A DNA stretch of 64,000 nt from an uncultured Pirellulales bacterium (GTDB taxonomy: Bacteria; Planctomycetota; Phycisphaerae; Sedimentisphaerales; Anaerobacaceae), in assembly GCA_964519995.1 (NCBI GenBank), contig CAZFLY010000001.1, positions 546-64,545 of the forward strand, read 5' to 3'. Positions 9,165-18,258 of this stretch are shown here, piece by piece; the first letter of the stretch is position 1; every line of letters begins with the position of its first letter. Under the pieces are notes generated by a model. It did not search any database and was not told the origin of the DNA. It worked only from the letters and a program-made list of their open reading frames with translations. Position numbers and translations under genes: made by a program.

Positions 9165-11177
9165 ATGAACATGGCGAGAAAATACCGTCCCCTGTTGACA
9201 GAAGAAATCGACAAGCTCACTAACCAAGGTTGTAGCTGCACCGACTGGTCACAGGTTCAAGTCGCTGAAGGTTTTAAGGCAAAGACCGTCAGAGCGACAC
9301 GCTTTTGTGGACAGGTAAAGTTAGGTGTCTTTGAAAAACCGGTTTCATTCTTCGGCGGTGTTACTAAACCGGCGGGAATAAATAACGCAATAATCCACAA
9401 CTGCATAATCGGCGACAATGTGTACATTAGTCAGGTGCGAAATTACATCGCCAACTACATAATTGAAGATGAAGTTATAATAGATAATATTGACTTGCTC
9501 GTGGTAGAAGGCGAAAGCAAGTTCGGTAACGGCACAGAGGTCACTGTGGTCAACGAAGCCGGTGGTAGAGAGATACCGATTTACGACCAATTATCGGCTC
9601 ACACAGCTTATGTGATAGCTTTCTACCGTCACCGGCCGAGAGTTATTGAAAAACTGCAAAAAATGATAGCCGATTACTCTTCCTCCATCAGATCCTCAAT
9701 GGGCCTTGTTGGAAAAGGCGCCAGAATCATCAACAGCCGAATAATCAAAAATGTCAAAGTTGGGCCGTCAAGCGTGGTCGAGGGAATCAGCAGGCTTGAG
9801 AACGGCTCACTTAATAGCTGTCCAGAGGACCCTGTTTACATCGGTCCCGGTGTCTTCGCCGAAGATTTTATCGCATGCAGCGGCTCGAAAATAACCGATG
9901 GCGTAATAATATCCAAGTGCTTTGTGGGTCAGGGCACTGTTTTAGCTAAGCAGTACTCGGCGGAGAATTCGGTCTTCTTTGCTAACTGTGGCGGTTTCCA
10001 CGGTGAGGCGTGCGCAATTTTCGCGGGCCCTTATACAGCAACACACCATAAATCCACATTGCTAATCGCAGGACTGTTCTCATTTTTGAATGCCGGCAGT
10101 GGTACCAACCAGAGCAATCATATGTACAAACTTGGACCAGTCCACCAAGGTATTGTAGAACGCGGCTCCAAGACCGCCAGCGATTCATATATGCTCTGGC
10201 CTGCAAAAGTCGGTGCTTTTACTGTCGTTATGGGTCGACATTACAGAAACTCGGACACCTCTGATTTGCCTTTCTCATACCTTATTGAGCATGAGGATGA
10301 AAGCATCCTTGCACCTGGCGTGAATCTGCGCAGCGTAGGGACAGTTCGTGACGCAAGAAAATGGCCGAAGCGTGACCGACGTAAAGACCCTAAAAAGCTC
10401 GACCTCATAAACTTCAAACTTTTAAGCCCATATACGATTCAAAAAATGCTCAATGGTCATCAGCTCCTAACAAATCTTAAAAAGACATCCGGCCAAACAT
10501 CCGATTACTTCACATACCACAGCGTCAAAATCACAAATTCCTCATTGGACCTCGGTATTAGGCTGTATAAGATAGGCATCGACAAATTTCTGGGCAACTG
10601 CCTGATTAAACGGCTGGAGAACAAACAATTCAAAAACATCAATGAACTCCAACAGGCTCTTAAGCCAGAGACCGACATTGGACCCGACAAATGGGTAGAT
10701 TTGGCTGGGTTGTTTGCTCCCATAAGACTCGTGGATAAAATGCTGTCAGAAATCGAATCTGGAACCATTAACACACTGCAGAAGGTTACTGAATCTTTTC
10801 GAGCGATGCACGAGGATTATGCTAAGTACGAATGGGCCTGGGCGGTTGATATTCTGCAGCAACAGCTCAGCAGAACAATAGATAACATAACACCTGAGGA
10901 TATTATAGAGCTGACAGAAAACTGGAGAAAAGCTGTCATAGAACTTGACGACAGACTCTATGCCGATGCGAAAAAAGAATTTGCAGCCACAGCTCAAATC
11001 GGCTTCGGCCTCGATGGAGACGAAGAAACAAAACACAAAGATTTCGCAGCGGTCAGAGGCACGTTTGAGCAAAGCGATTTTGTCGCCGACATTGAAAAAC
11101 ATAAGATCGACAAAACCAGGCTTGGTGACGAGCTTATCAGTCGAATGGAAAATCTCACTTCGCAAAAAAATGCCTGA
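9165..11177 (+). CDS. DUF4954-like left-handed beta-helix protein
   Basis: 670 aa. The N-terminus (YRPLLTEEIDKLTNQGCSCTDWSQVQVAEGF, GVFEK, hexapeptide-like IGDNVYI) matches my recollection of DUF4954 proteins, which often sit next to nagB as here. Confidence 0.55.
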   Translation: MNMARKYRPLLTEEIDKLTNQGCSCTDWSQVQVAEGFKAKTVRATRFCGQVKLGVFEKPVSFFGGVTKPAGINNAIIHNCIIGDNVYISQVRNYIANYIIEDEVIIDNIDLLVVEGESKFGNGTEVTVVNEAGGREIPIYDQLSAHTAYVIAFYRHRPRVIEKLQKMIADYSSSIRSSMGLVGKGARIINSRIIKNVKVGPSSVVEGISRLENGSLNSCPEDPVYIGPGVFAEDFIACSGSKITDGVIISKCFVGQGTVLAKQYSAENSVFFANCGGFHGEACAIFAGPYTATHHKSTLLIAGLFSFLNAGSGTNQSNHMYKLGPVHQGIVERGSKTASDSYMLWPAKVGAFTVVMGRHYRNSDTSDLPFSYLIEHEDESILAPGVNLRSVGTVRDARKWPKRDRRKDPKKLDLINFKLLSPYTIQKMLNGHQLLTNLKKTSGQTSDYFTYHSVKITNSSLDLGIRLYKIGIDKFLGNCLIKRLENKQFKNINELQQALKPETDIGPDKWVDLAGLFAPIRLVDKMLSEIESGTINTLQKVTESFRAMHEDYAKYEWAWAVDILQQQLSRTIDNITPEDIIELTENWRKAVIELDDRLYADAKKEFAATAQIGFGLDGDEETKHKDFAAVRGTFEQSDFVADIEKHKIDKTRLGDELISRMENLTSQKNA

Positions 11178-11224
11178 TATCCTCGCAAAATATTATTAAT
11201 TATATCTTTTATTAAGGAGCCGAA

Positions 11225-12037
11225 ATGAGAGTAATAATTGAACCGAATTACGAGGTAGTCTCAAAATGGGCTGCCAACTACATAGCAAGAAAAATAAATG
11301 ATTCTGGCCCAAGTGAGTCCAAGCCTTTTGTGCTGGGGCTTCCCACTGGCTCGTCGCCGCTGGGAATGTACAGAGAACTAATAAAGCTAAACAAAACTGG
11401 AAAAGTAACATTCAAAAACGTTGCCACCTTTAACATGGATGAATATGTAAACCTTCCTGAGGACCACCCTGAAAGTTACCATTCATTCATGTGGAATAAC
11501 TTCTTCAGTCATATAGACATCGCAGAAGAAAATGTAAACATCCTCAATGGAAACGCAACGGACCTTGAGGCAGAGTGCGCTGCCTATGAGGAAAAAATAC
11601 AAAAGGTTGGTGGTGTGAATCTTTTCGTGGGCGGTATAGGCCCCGATGGTCATATAGCATTCAATGAACCTGCTTCGTCGCTTTCCTCCAGAACGCGCGT
11701 TATGGCACTGACTTATGACACCATCATCGCCAATTCACGCTTCTTTGATGGTGATGTCAACAAGGTCCCCAAAACAGCCTTGACGGTAGGCGTAGGGACT
11801 GTAATGGACGCTGAAGAGGTGCTGATTATTGTGAACGGACATAACAAGGCACGTGCGCTACGGCACGCCATTGAAGAGAGCGTAAACCACATGTGGACAA
11901 TAAGCGCTCTTCAAATGCACCCGAAAGGCATTATTGTCTGTGACGAAGAAGCCACGATTGAGTTAAAGGTTGGCACCGTAAAATACTTCAAAGACATAGA
12001 ATCAGTCAATCTTGATCCAACCACATTGCTAAAATAG
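11225..12037 (+). CDS. nagB: glucosamine-6-phosphate deaminase
   Basis: [38 protein letters not shown]. Confidence 0.9.
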   Translation: MRVIIEPNYEVVSKWAANYIARKINDSGPSESKPFVLGLPTGSSPLGMYRELIKLNKTGKVTFKNVATFNMDEYVNLPEDHPESYHSFMWNNFFSHIDIAEENVNILNGNATDLEAECAAYEEKIQKVGGVNLFVGGIGPDGHIAFNEPASSLSSRTRVMALTYDTIIANSRFFDGDVNKVPKTALTVGVGTVMDAEEVLIIVNGHNKARALRHAIEESVNHMWTISALQMHPKGIIVCDEEATIELKVGTVKYFKDIESVNLDPTTLLK

Positions 12038-12063
12038 CTCGTGAATCCTGCACGCCTAATACC

Positions 12064-12210
12064 AATTGTGAATAATTAATGCGCTTATTCGTGTCATTTC
12101 GAGCGAGCCGTAGGCGAGTCGAGAAATCTATTTGAACAGATTTCTCCACTACGGGCCACTCTGTGGCCCTTCGGTCGAAATGACATAAGCGCAAATTTTA
12201 ATCACAATTA
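12064..12210. repeat. MITE-like palindromic element, short variant (core 12093-12184)
   Basis: Termini GTCATTTCGAGCG and GGTCGAAATGAC. Outer inverted arms AATTGTGA..GCGCTTAT / ATAAGCGC..TCACAATT. Internal hairpin GAGAAATCT-N8-AGATTTCTC. Shares GAGAAATCT, CAGATTTCTCCACT and CGGTCGAAATGAC with the copies at 36947 and 57390. Confidence 0.75.
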
Positions 12211-12298
12211 GTATAACACCGTACTAATACTTATCACTCAGCGACACTTTGTGATACCGCACAAGCTGTTGAAATTAGTCAGGAATCGCAGTCTTAGA

Positions 12299-13414
12299 CT
12301 AATCAGATGCCGGCTCTTTGCCGGATGGATAAGAAATCTCGGCCTTGGCCTTTAATGATTGGATATACTGCTCGACAATCTCTCGTTGCCTACTGTGTCT
12401 CAATTGGGCAATAATACTATCCTTGGCTTGGTCAAAGGGTATAACAACAGCGTCGTTATGATCAGTGACTTTTATTATGTGGTAGCCGAATTCGGTCTCA
12501 ACAATATCGCTGACTTGACCAGGCTTTAGCTCAAAGGCAGCTTTTTCAAAGGGTGCAACCATTTGGCCCCTACCGAAGAAATCCAAATCTCCCCCCCTCA
12601 CGCTGGATGGACAAGCTGAATGAACCTTGGCTAATTCGGCGAAGTCCTCTCCATTCTGGATCTGCTTAAGAAGCTCCTCAATCTTGGCTCTGGCTTCTGC
12701 CTTGGCCTGATTGGGATCGGTGTTAGGGTCAGACTCGTCAGGCTTTATGAGAATGTGACTGGCCCGGACCCGTTCGGGCGTTACGAAATCTTCCGAGTGC
12801 TCGGAGTAATACTGTTTTACTTCATCTTCACTAATATCTACGGCCTCAATGTGCTGAGACTGAAAGAGCTTATTATAGCCGAGTTGTCTTTGGATTTGCT
12901 GCTTGAATTCATCAAAGTCTCTTCCGCGAGCTTCTATTTGCGATCTGATATCTTCTACAGAAAGTGGCGGTTGCTGGTTAGAAGCCATCGCCTCAATCCT
13001 TTCCATCGCCTCTTGCTCAGTGACCTCTATATTTGCCTTCTCAACCTCTGCATCCAGCAATTTCTCAACAATTAACTTTTCCAGAACTTGTTGTCTAAGG
13101 CGTTTTTCTTGTTGATTAACAAACTCTGGAGGTAAATGCGATGTCCTGATGGCTATCTGTTCGAGCGCCGGCTCGACCAGCACCTGTACATCACTCTCGG
13201 TGATCTCCATACCATTAACGGTAACTGCTACAGCCTGGGCTTTTGCACCTGCTTCTGGCTTAGGTACGTTCGCATCGGTCTCAGTTGGGGCCTTCTGGCG
13301 ACAGCCCAAACCACAGACGATACATAAAAGCAAGATGTGAAAAATAAAAAGGAAGGTGTTCTTCTTTCTGCCTTTTACCTGAGTGTTTCGCAATTGTACT
13401 GAATAGCGTTTCAT
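12299..13414 (-). CDS. parvulin-type peptidyl-prolyl isomerase (PrsA/SurA-like), probable lipoprotein
   Basis: RASHILIK .. GGDLDFFGRGQMVAPFEKAAF .. TEFGYHIIKV. N-terminal hydrophobic signal ending CGLGC. Confidence 0.85.
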   Translation of the reverse strand: MKRYSVQLRNTQVKGRKKNTFLFIFHILLLCIVCGLGCRQKAPTETDANVPKPEAGAKAQAVAVTVNGMEITESDVQVLVEPALEQIAIRTSHLPPEFVNQQEKRLRQQVLEKLIVEKLLDAEVEKANIEVTEQEAMERIEAMASNQQPPLSVEDIRSQIEARGRDFDEFKQQIQRQLGYNKLFQSQHIEAVDISEDEVKQYYSEHSEDFVTPERVRASHILIKPDESDPNTDPNQAKAEARAKIEELLKQIQNGEDFAELAKVHSACPSSVRGGDLDFFGRGQMVAPFEKAAFELKPGQVSDIVETEFGYHIIKVTDHNDAVVIPFDQAKDSIIAQLRHSRQREIVEQYIQSLKAKAEISYPSGKEPASD

Positions 13415-13773
13415 AGCCTGACCTTTCGAAGATTTAACACGTTATAAAGGATTTCGTTAAAGTTGATTAATCTAATTGTTTCGCTAACTTGTGTCTGTGT
13501 CAAGGTAATTACCTTTCGAGTAAAGGATGAGGAGAGAACATCGTATCGTCCCTGATGAAGACAAGGTGTATAAACAAAGATTATTATCACAAGCTCGAGA
13601 AGGCCTCGAAGGGCAGGAGCTATTCCACCGCCGCGAACAAATTTCTGTACCTTTGGATTACTGATATCCCGATGGTGAATTTCAGAGTATTTCCTTACCA
13701 AACGTTTTTATCTTTCGCATTGGCAAAGAGGCTATTTTCTATTACCTCAGCTACAAACTCAGGACGGTTACAC

Positions 13774-14649
13774 CTATTCAAATAATGCCAGCAACCTCTC
13801 TTTTTCTGCAGGCTCAATTTGGTTCTGGTCCGTCCATACTGCGAGTTCAAGACTTTTTCGACACGTGCAGTCTTCGTGAACGAGCTGCTGCTCGCTTGCC
13901 AAAACAGCTTTTATCAATTCAAGACAATTATTCGTTGCGGTTTTAAGATTTGAAATTATCTCTTTCAATAGCGTTTGCTTTCCTTTTGCAATCGCATGTG
14001 GCCTCCAGCAATCATAATCGCTAACAAGAGCAATCAGTGCGTAGCACATTTGCGCTTCTCGCGCCAGTTTCGCTTCCGGCATTGCCGTCATGCCGATTAA
14101 ATCCGCACCCCAGGCCTGGTGCAATAGTGACTCAGCCTGTGTGGAAAACTGTGGCCCCTCCATACATACGTAAGTACCTTTTGGATGTGTCTGTATCGAG
14201 AAACCTTGCGCTGTATCTATGAGTTTCTCTCGGAGTCGGCTGCAGACCGGCTCAGTCATCTCGCAGTGAACCGCACCGAAGCCGGCGAAGAAAGTGTTCA
14301 TGCGTTTGAATGTCTTATCGATGAACTGATCCGCGATAACTAAATCGCCCGGGGTTATCTCAGCACGAAGTGAGCCGACTGCACCACTGCCGAGTACCGT
14401 GTGAACGCCAAGTTTTTTCAGGGCAAAAATATTCGCAGCAAACGGGACTTCGCTCGGCGACAGTTTGTGTCCTGTACCGTGCCGATTAAGAAACGCAATT
14501 TTTCTATCGCCGATTTTACCGATGAGAACCGCTGTGCTCGGTTTGCCGAACGGTGTCTCGACATCACGCTGTTCTGCATCTGTTAGCTGTTCAGCGAGCG
14601 CATCTCCGAGCCCCGTTCCGCCGATTATGCCAACTAATTCTTCGGGCAT
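13774..14649 (-). CDS. mtnP: S-methyl-5'-thioadenosine phosphorylase
   Basis: IGIIGGTGL, FLNRHGTGHKLSPSEVPFAANIFALKKLGV, GMTAMPEAKLAREA. Confidence 0.9.
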   Translation of the reverse strand: MPEELVGIIGGTGLGDALAEQLTDAEQRDVETPFGKPSTAVLIGKIGDRKIAFLNRHGTGHKLSPSEVPFAANIFALKKLGVHTVLGSGAVGSLRAEITPGDLVIADQFIDKTFKRMNTFFAGFGAVHCEMTEPVCSRLREKLIDTAQGFSIQTHPKGTYVCMEGPQFSTQAESLLHQAWGADLIGMTAMPEAKLAREAQMCYALIALVSDYDCWRPHAIAKGKQTLLKEIISNLKTATNNCLELIKAVLASEQQLVHEDCTCRKSLELAVWTDQNQIEPAEKERLLALFE

Positions 14650-14842
14650 TTTCTTTTGCCTCCATTCACAATTCTGCCCAGTATGGTAATTTGTTACGCA
14701 GACAATTACAATCGCTTTTGGAACGATTTGCTGTTATTCTGACCTGTGTTCCCATCGAGGAAAGAGTGACAGTTCCCCCTTCACGTGTGATGGATTATTT
14801 AGCCTACCGTTTTACGGCCAGGTAGTTCCTTTTACCCTAGAC

Positions 14843-14880
14843 AAAAAAATGCCGGCCAGTTTTTGAGAAGCCAGCCGGCA
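14843..14880 (-). terminator. strand-specific intrinsic terminator with no annotated gene upstream
   Basis: Minus strand UGCCGGCUGG-cuucucaaaaa-CUGGCCGGCA followed by U7: a 10-bp stem including two G-U pairs. On the plus strand those pairs become A-C mismatches. Confidence 0.6.
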
Positions 14881-15150
14881 TAGCCACAAACTCAGGATGG
14901 TCTAATACTAATCATAAAAATTATCTACGCTCAAATCATCACGGTGAATCTCGTCTTGACATAGCAAGCTATAGACAAACGTGCCGTAGCAAAATGTGAA
15001 TTCACTTCAAATACGCAGGTATTTGCCGCTCCCTTATGGTCGCGGCTCCTCTTTGAAGAAGGTTTGTCGTGCCGGAAGCGGTTGCAAATAGACTACAAAA
15101 TCGGTAGAGTGCCGGTACTGAGAGTTACAATAACTAAACAGCAATCGGCG
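14881..15150 (-). ncRNA. candidate structured small RNA or long leader (5' end undefined)
   Basis: No ORF of 60 aa or more on either strand. Nested hairpins on the minus strand (CTTCAAA..GCCGC-N12-GCGGC..TTTGAAG; CTAC-N7-GTAG) lie upstream of the orphan terminator. No match to tmRNA, RNase P, SRP or 6S signatures that I can recognise. Confidence 0.25.
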
Positions 15151-15229
15151 AAATGAGAAAGGCGAAGCGTGTGACTAAACCGGCTAAAATTGGTTGCAAA
15201 ACTGTGGCTTACAGGTGATTATTAGCCTT

Positions 15230-15907
15230 ATGGGTGGCCGACAGGAAAAAGACGAATTCTCCGATGCGCGTCAACGCATGCTCAAACACGACCTGCAGGG
15301 CCGTGATATCATCGACCAGCGGGTGCTGAAGGTAATGGTTCAAATCCCTCGTGAAGAATTTGTGCCCCAGGAGTATCGTTGGCAGGCCTATTCCGATGGT
15401 CCACTGCCTATCGGCATGGGCCAGACTATTTCTCAGCCTTATATCGTTGCATTGATGACGCAGGAGCTGCGAGTCAACCGCAACTGTGAGGTTCTGGAAG
15501 TTGGAACAGGCAGTGGGTATCAGGCTGCTGTGCTTAGCAACTTGGCCAATGTAGTTTACACGATAGAAAAATTTAAAGAGCTGTCTGAATCCGCCCAGAC
15601 TGTTTTACGCAAATTGGGGATAAGCAACATTGAGTTCTGCATTGGTGATGGAAGTTGCGGCTGGCCCAAAGAACAGCTGCCAGAGAAGGGATATTTTGAC
15701 AGAATAATTCTCACTGCTGCCGTGCCGATTATTCCTGAGCCTTTGATAAAACAACTCGCCGATGGTGGCTTGATTGTGGCACCGGTCGGCTATGCAGGTG
15801 TGCAGGAGTTGATAGTCGCAAAAAAGCGAGTCGGTAAACTAATCGAGCGAAACGTCTGCGGCTGCAGATTTGTCAGGTTGATTGGCAAATACGGATTCGA
15901 GCAATAA
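15230..15907 (+). CDS. pcm: protein-L-isoaspartate O-methyltransferase
   Basis: GMGQTISQPYIVALMTQEL and VLEVGTGSGYQAAVLS. ATG at 15230 chosen over the TTG at 15194. Confidence 0.9.
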   Translation: MGGRQEKDEFSDARQRMLKHDLQGRDIIDQRVLKVMVQIPREEFVPQEYRWQAYSDGPLPIGMGQTISQPYIVALMTQELRVNRNCEVLEVGTGSGYQAAVLSNLANVVYTIEKFKELSESAQTVLRKLGISNIEFCIGDGSCGWPKEQLPEKGYFDRIILTAAVPIIPEPLIKQLADGGLIVAPVGYAGVQELIVAKKRVGKLIERNVCGCRFVRLIGKYGFEQ

Positions 15908-15980
15908 AAGAGGATGGATTACCGTTCCCTCGACTGCGCTCTCCGCAGGACGCCTTACGGCGGGGACAAGTTTCACAGCA

Positions 15981-18125
15981 ATGACAAAAAAGGCTTCAAC
16001 CGCTGATCAATTACATAAGCAGACATTAATAATGGAGGCGAGGCAAGAAACAAAAAGCAGACTGGAATTATTAACACCGGTTCAATACCTCAAGGGCGTC
16101 GGACCGGCAAGGGCCAAAATCTTTGCGCATGCCGGCGTGCATACTGTCGGAGACCTGTTAGAGTACTATCCCCGTGACTGGATTTTCGCACCGAAGGCGA
16201 TAAAAATAGTCCAAATTCGACCCAATCAGACTGCTACTATTGTTGGCTTGATAGAATCAATAGATTATCAAAGTTACCGAAACCCACCAATCTTTGAGGC
16301 TTTGATCAGTGACGATACGGGCCTATGCAAAGTCATTTGGTTTCACGGCGGTTTCTTGAGAAATCAGCTCAAGCCCGGCCAGATAATAACCGCATCCGGT
16401 AAAGCCACCACTTATAAGCACCAGTTGCAACTAACAAATCCCAAATTCCGTGTGCTTGAGCAGAAGAACTCAAGGCCTAGTGAATATTTTAGCGGCGGAG
16501 CCTATCCGGCGGCAGGAGGCCTTACAAGTGCACAGATTAAACGCATAGCTAGACCTGTGCTTGATAGGCTTGATGAGCTTGTGCCGGAGTTCTACGACAA
16601 GAATTTTCTCAAACAGGCAGATCTCATACCGAGAAAAGATGCCTTTTTCTGGATACATCTGCCGGGCAATGAAGACAAATTGGCCAAAGCAAAACGCAGG
16701 TTAAAGTATGATGAGTTGTTTCTTATGCAGCTTGGACTGGCACTTAAACGATACAGCAGGCAACATTCATCGTCCGCCACTGCCTGCACCCTTACCGAAG
16801 AAATCGACAGGCGAATTCGCAAGCGGTTTCCATTTCTGCTTACAGAAGATCAGGACCAGTGCATTGCTGAGATTGCTACTGATATGGCTATGTCTGAACC
16901 TATGAACCGCCTGCTGCAGGGTGACGTCGGCTCCGGCAAAACGGTGGTAGCGCTTTATGCGGCCCTGCTTGCTGTTGCCAACAAAACCCAAACTGTGATT
17001 ATGGCACCAACTGAAATTCTGGCATCGCAGCATCTGCTAAGTATCGAGCGATATTTGAAGAACAGCAAAGTGCGAAGAGTATTGATCACGCGAGGTCTTA
17101 CGGGCAGAAAACGAGCTGAGCTGCTGAACAAAATCAGGCGCGGAGCGATGGATATTGTTGTTGGAACAGTGGCGCTATTGCAGAAGGATATTGAGTTCCA
17201 CAGGCTGGGTCTGGTGGTCATTGATGAGCAGCACAAATTCGGCGTCCATCAGCGTGCGCAACTGCGGAAAGATACTACACCTCATTGCCTCGTCATGACG
17301 GCTACACCTATACCACGAACGTTAGCAATGACGGCCTTCGGCGACCTCGACGTATCGGTCGTCAGACATTCGCCTCCCGGCAGAGGTACAGTTGTTACAC
17401 GCCGGATCGACAGGGGCGACCGGCAAAAAGCGTATGAATTTATCCGTGAGAGGCTCAAGGCAAAAAGGCAGGTATATTTCGTTTATCCCCGCATTGTCGA
17501 AACAGAACAAAATGGCGACATTAAGGCAGCGACTGAAGGGTGGAAGCAACTCTCGAGGGAAGTGTTCCCGGAATTCGAGGTTGAACTTTTACATGGCCGA
17601 ATGCCTTCTGTGAAAAAGCAGCGAATTATGTCGGAATTCCGCAAAGGCAAAATAGATGTTCTTGTCTCAACCGTAGTGGTTGAAGTGGGCATTGACGTTC
17701 CGAATGCAACCATAATGGTCGTCGAAGGAGCTGAAAGATTTGGATTAGCCCAGCTTCATCAATTAAGGGGGCGAATCCGTAGAGGCGAAGCCAAATCATA
17801 CTGCCTTCTGTTTGCTGACACGAGCAGTAACATCGCAAAAGGCAGACTCGAGGTACTAACCAGATGCAGTGACGGGTTTGAAATTGCTGAGCACGATTTG
17901 CGTCTGCGGGGTCCTGGTGAACTATTCAGCACACGACAGCACGGTCTGCCGGATTTGAAGATTGCGAACATCATTGAGGATTTCGATCTTCTGGCTTTGG
18001 CAAGGAAAAACGCCTTTGAACTTGCCGCGAAGGACCCAATGCTGACAGGGCCTGCTCACAGGAACATCCGTCGGGCACTTTTAGACAAGTTTGGTGATTC
18101 ACTTGGCTTGGTTGATGTTGGCTAG
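15981..18125 (+). CDS. recG: ATP-dependent DNA helicase RecG
   Basis: Wedge domain followed by GDVGSGKT, VIDEQHKFG, TATPIPRT and QLHQLRGRIRRG. Start is uncertain (ATG 15981 or 16032); the track start at 15882 overlaps pcm. Confidence 0.9.
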   Translation: MTKKASTADQLHKQTLIMEARQETKSRLELLTPVQYLKGVGPARAKIFAHAGVHTVGDLLEYYPRDWIFAPKAIKIVQIRPNQTATIVGLIESIDYQSYRNPPIFEALISDDTGLCKVIWFHGGFLRNQLKPGQIITASGKATTYKHQLQLTNPKFRVLEQKNSRPSEYFSGGAYPAAGGLTSAQIKRIARPVLDRLDELVPEFYDKNFLKQADLIPRKDAFFWIHLPGNEDKLAKAKRRLKYDELFLMQLGLALKRYSRQHSSSATACTLTEEIDRRIRKRFPFLLTEDQDQCIAEIATDMAMSEPMNRLLQGDVGSGKTVVALYAALLAVANKTQTVIMAPTEILASQHLLSIERYLKNSKVRRVLITRGLTGRKRAELLNKIRRGAMDIVVGTVALLQKDIEFHRLGLVVIDEQHKFGVHQRAQLRKDTTPHCLVMTATPIPRTLAMTAFGDLDVSVVRHSPPGRGTVVTRRIDRGDRQKAYEFIRERLKAKRQVYFVYPRIVETEQNGDIKAATEGWKQLSREVFPEFEVELLHGRMPSVKKQRIMSEFRKGKIDVLVSTVVVEVGIDVPNATIMVVEGAERFGLAQLHQLRGRIRRGEAKSYCLLFADTSSNIAKGRLEVLTRCSDGFEIAEHDLRLRGPGELFSTRQHGLPDLKIANIIEDFDLLALARKNAFELAAKDPMLTGPAHRNIRRALLDKFGDSLGLVDVG

Positions 18126-18258
18126 CTGTCACCGAGGTTGTTGTGAACGCGTATAGGATGATATTGAATAACGCTGCATTGAGACTCTCCCTCAGAGATG
18201 ACTACCCGGTGACTTTCCTACGGCTTTTAGCACAGTCTTTGCGATTGACAATGGATGG

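Noticed and set aside
13411-13701. 96-aa minus-strand ORF whose stop overlaps the PPIase start (ATGA)
   Set aside because: No recognisable domain, odd composition and no SD. It is more likely promoter/leader DNA of the PPIase gene, though the ATGA overlap was noted.
15066-15085. GTGCCGGAAGCGGTTGC as a possible SRP RNA domain IV
   Set aside because: It lacks the GGAAGCAGC-type symmetric-loop consensus and a pairing partner, and it is on the opposite strand from the terminator.
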